Source of the DNA: Scenedesmus sp. PABB004
Taxonomy: Eukaryota
Direction of reading: 5' to 3'
Length of the DNA stretch: 64,000 nt
Assembly (NCBI GenBank): GCA_014905635.1
Contig: JABVCE010000031.1
Location: 248,001 to 312,000, forward strand
The position numbers and the translations under genes are program-made. The notes under the pieces were generated by a model. That model worked only from the letters and a program-made list of their open reading frames with translations. It was not told the DNA's origin and ran no database searches. The stretch's first letter is position 1; each line of letters opens with the position of its first letter. Shown piece by piece: positions 63,661-64,000 of this stretch.

Positions 63661-63898
63661 GCAGGACGCCGCCGCGTGGCACGCCCGCTTCCACGAGCTG
63701 CGCCGCTTCAAGCAGCTGCACCACCACACGCGCGTGCCCGAGGCGGCCGGCGAGTGGGCGGGGCTGGCGGCCTGGCTCGCCGAGCAGCGGCGCGCGCTCG
63801 CGGGCGCAAGCGCTTCGTCGCCGCGGCTCAGCGCCGCGCAGGCGCGCATGCTGCGCGTGCTCGGCGTCGCGCCGGCCGGCGCCGCCGACGACGGCTGA
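61877..63898 (+). CDS. Helicase-associated (HA) repeat protein without a helicase domain
   Basis: About four repeats, e.g. FEQQLAALAAWRDAHGSCHVP...LAAWV...LDALGFVW, LQRWKKRHGTALVP...LDAVGFVW and WHARFHELRRFKQLHHHTRVP...LAAWLAEQR. Four exons; TGA at 63896-63898. Confidence 0.85.
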
Positions 63899-64000
63899 CG
63901 CGAAGGTGGCGCCTGACGGGCGTTGAGCCGGGGGTCTCCGGCCGATGGGGCGCCGGCGAGGCTGGATTCGCTGCCGCCGCCGCCGCGCGTTCGAGCGCTG

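Overview
This is eukaryotic nuclear DNA, extremely GC-rich (roughly 80% by eye), gene-dense and intron-rich. Gene content (OPR protein, CA1P phosphatase, bestrophin-like channel, plant-type CPSF30) and TGTAA poly(A)-type signals point to a chlorophyte green alga, plausibly Sphaeropleales (inference). The long ORFs in the supplied track are mostly GC artefacts, so I reconstructed genes by hand-splicing. In order: the 3' part of a coiled-coil gene made of tandem exon+intron units; a disrupted oxidoreductase-like-domain remnant; a bestrophin-like channel; an intronless hypothetical gene; an SRPK-like kinase; a 2.83-kb tandem triplication (kinase 3' end, LEA-like gene, BTB gene); a BRCT + putative BAH protein; a BORCS6-like gene; a hypothetical gene; a histidine phosphatase; COG7; CA1P phosphatase; CWC15; a cytochrome P450; glutamate dehydrogenase; CPSF30; a Zn-finger/SPOC-like protein; a secreted stalked periplasmic-binding-fold protein; an OPR protein; and an HA-repeat protein. 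The strongest window-wide signal is splicing. About 21 of about 98 distinct hand-inferred introns use a GC donor, always after an exonic AG, against about 1% in typical eukaryotes, and they cluster by gene. No rRNA, tRNA, CRISPR or recognisable transposase was seen. All exon models are manual and lack transcript support.
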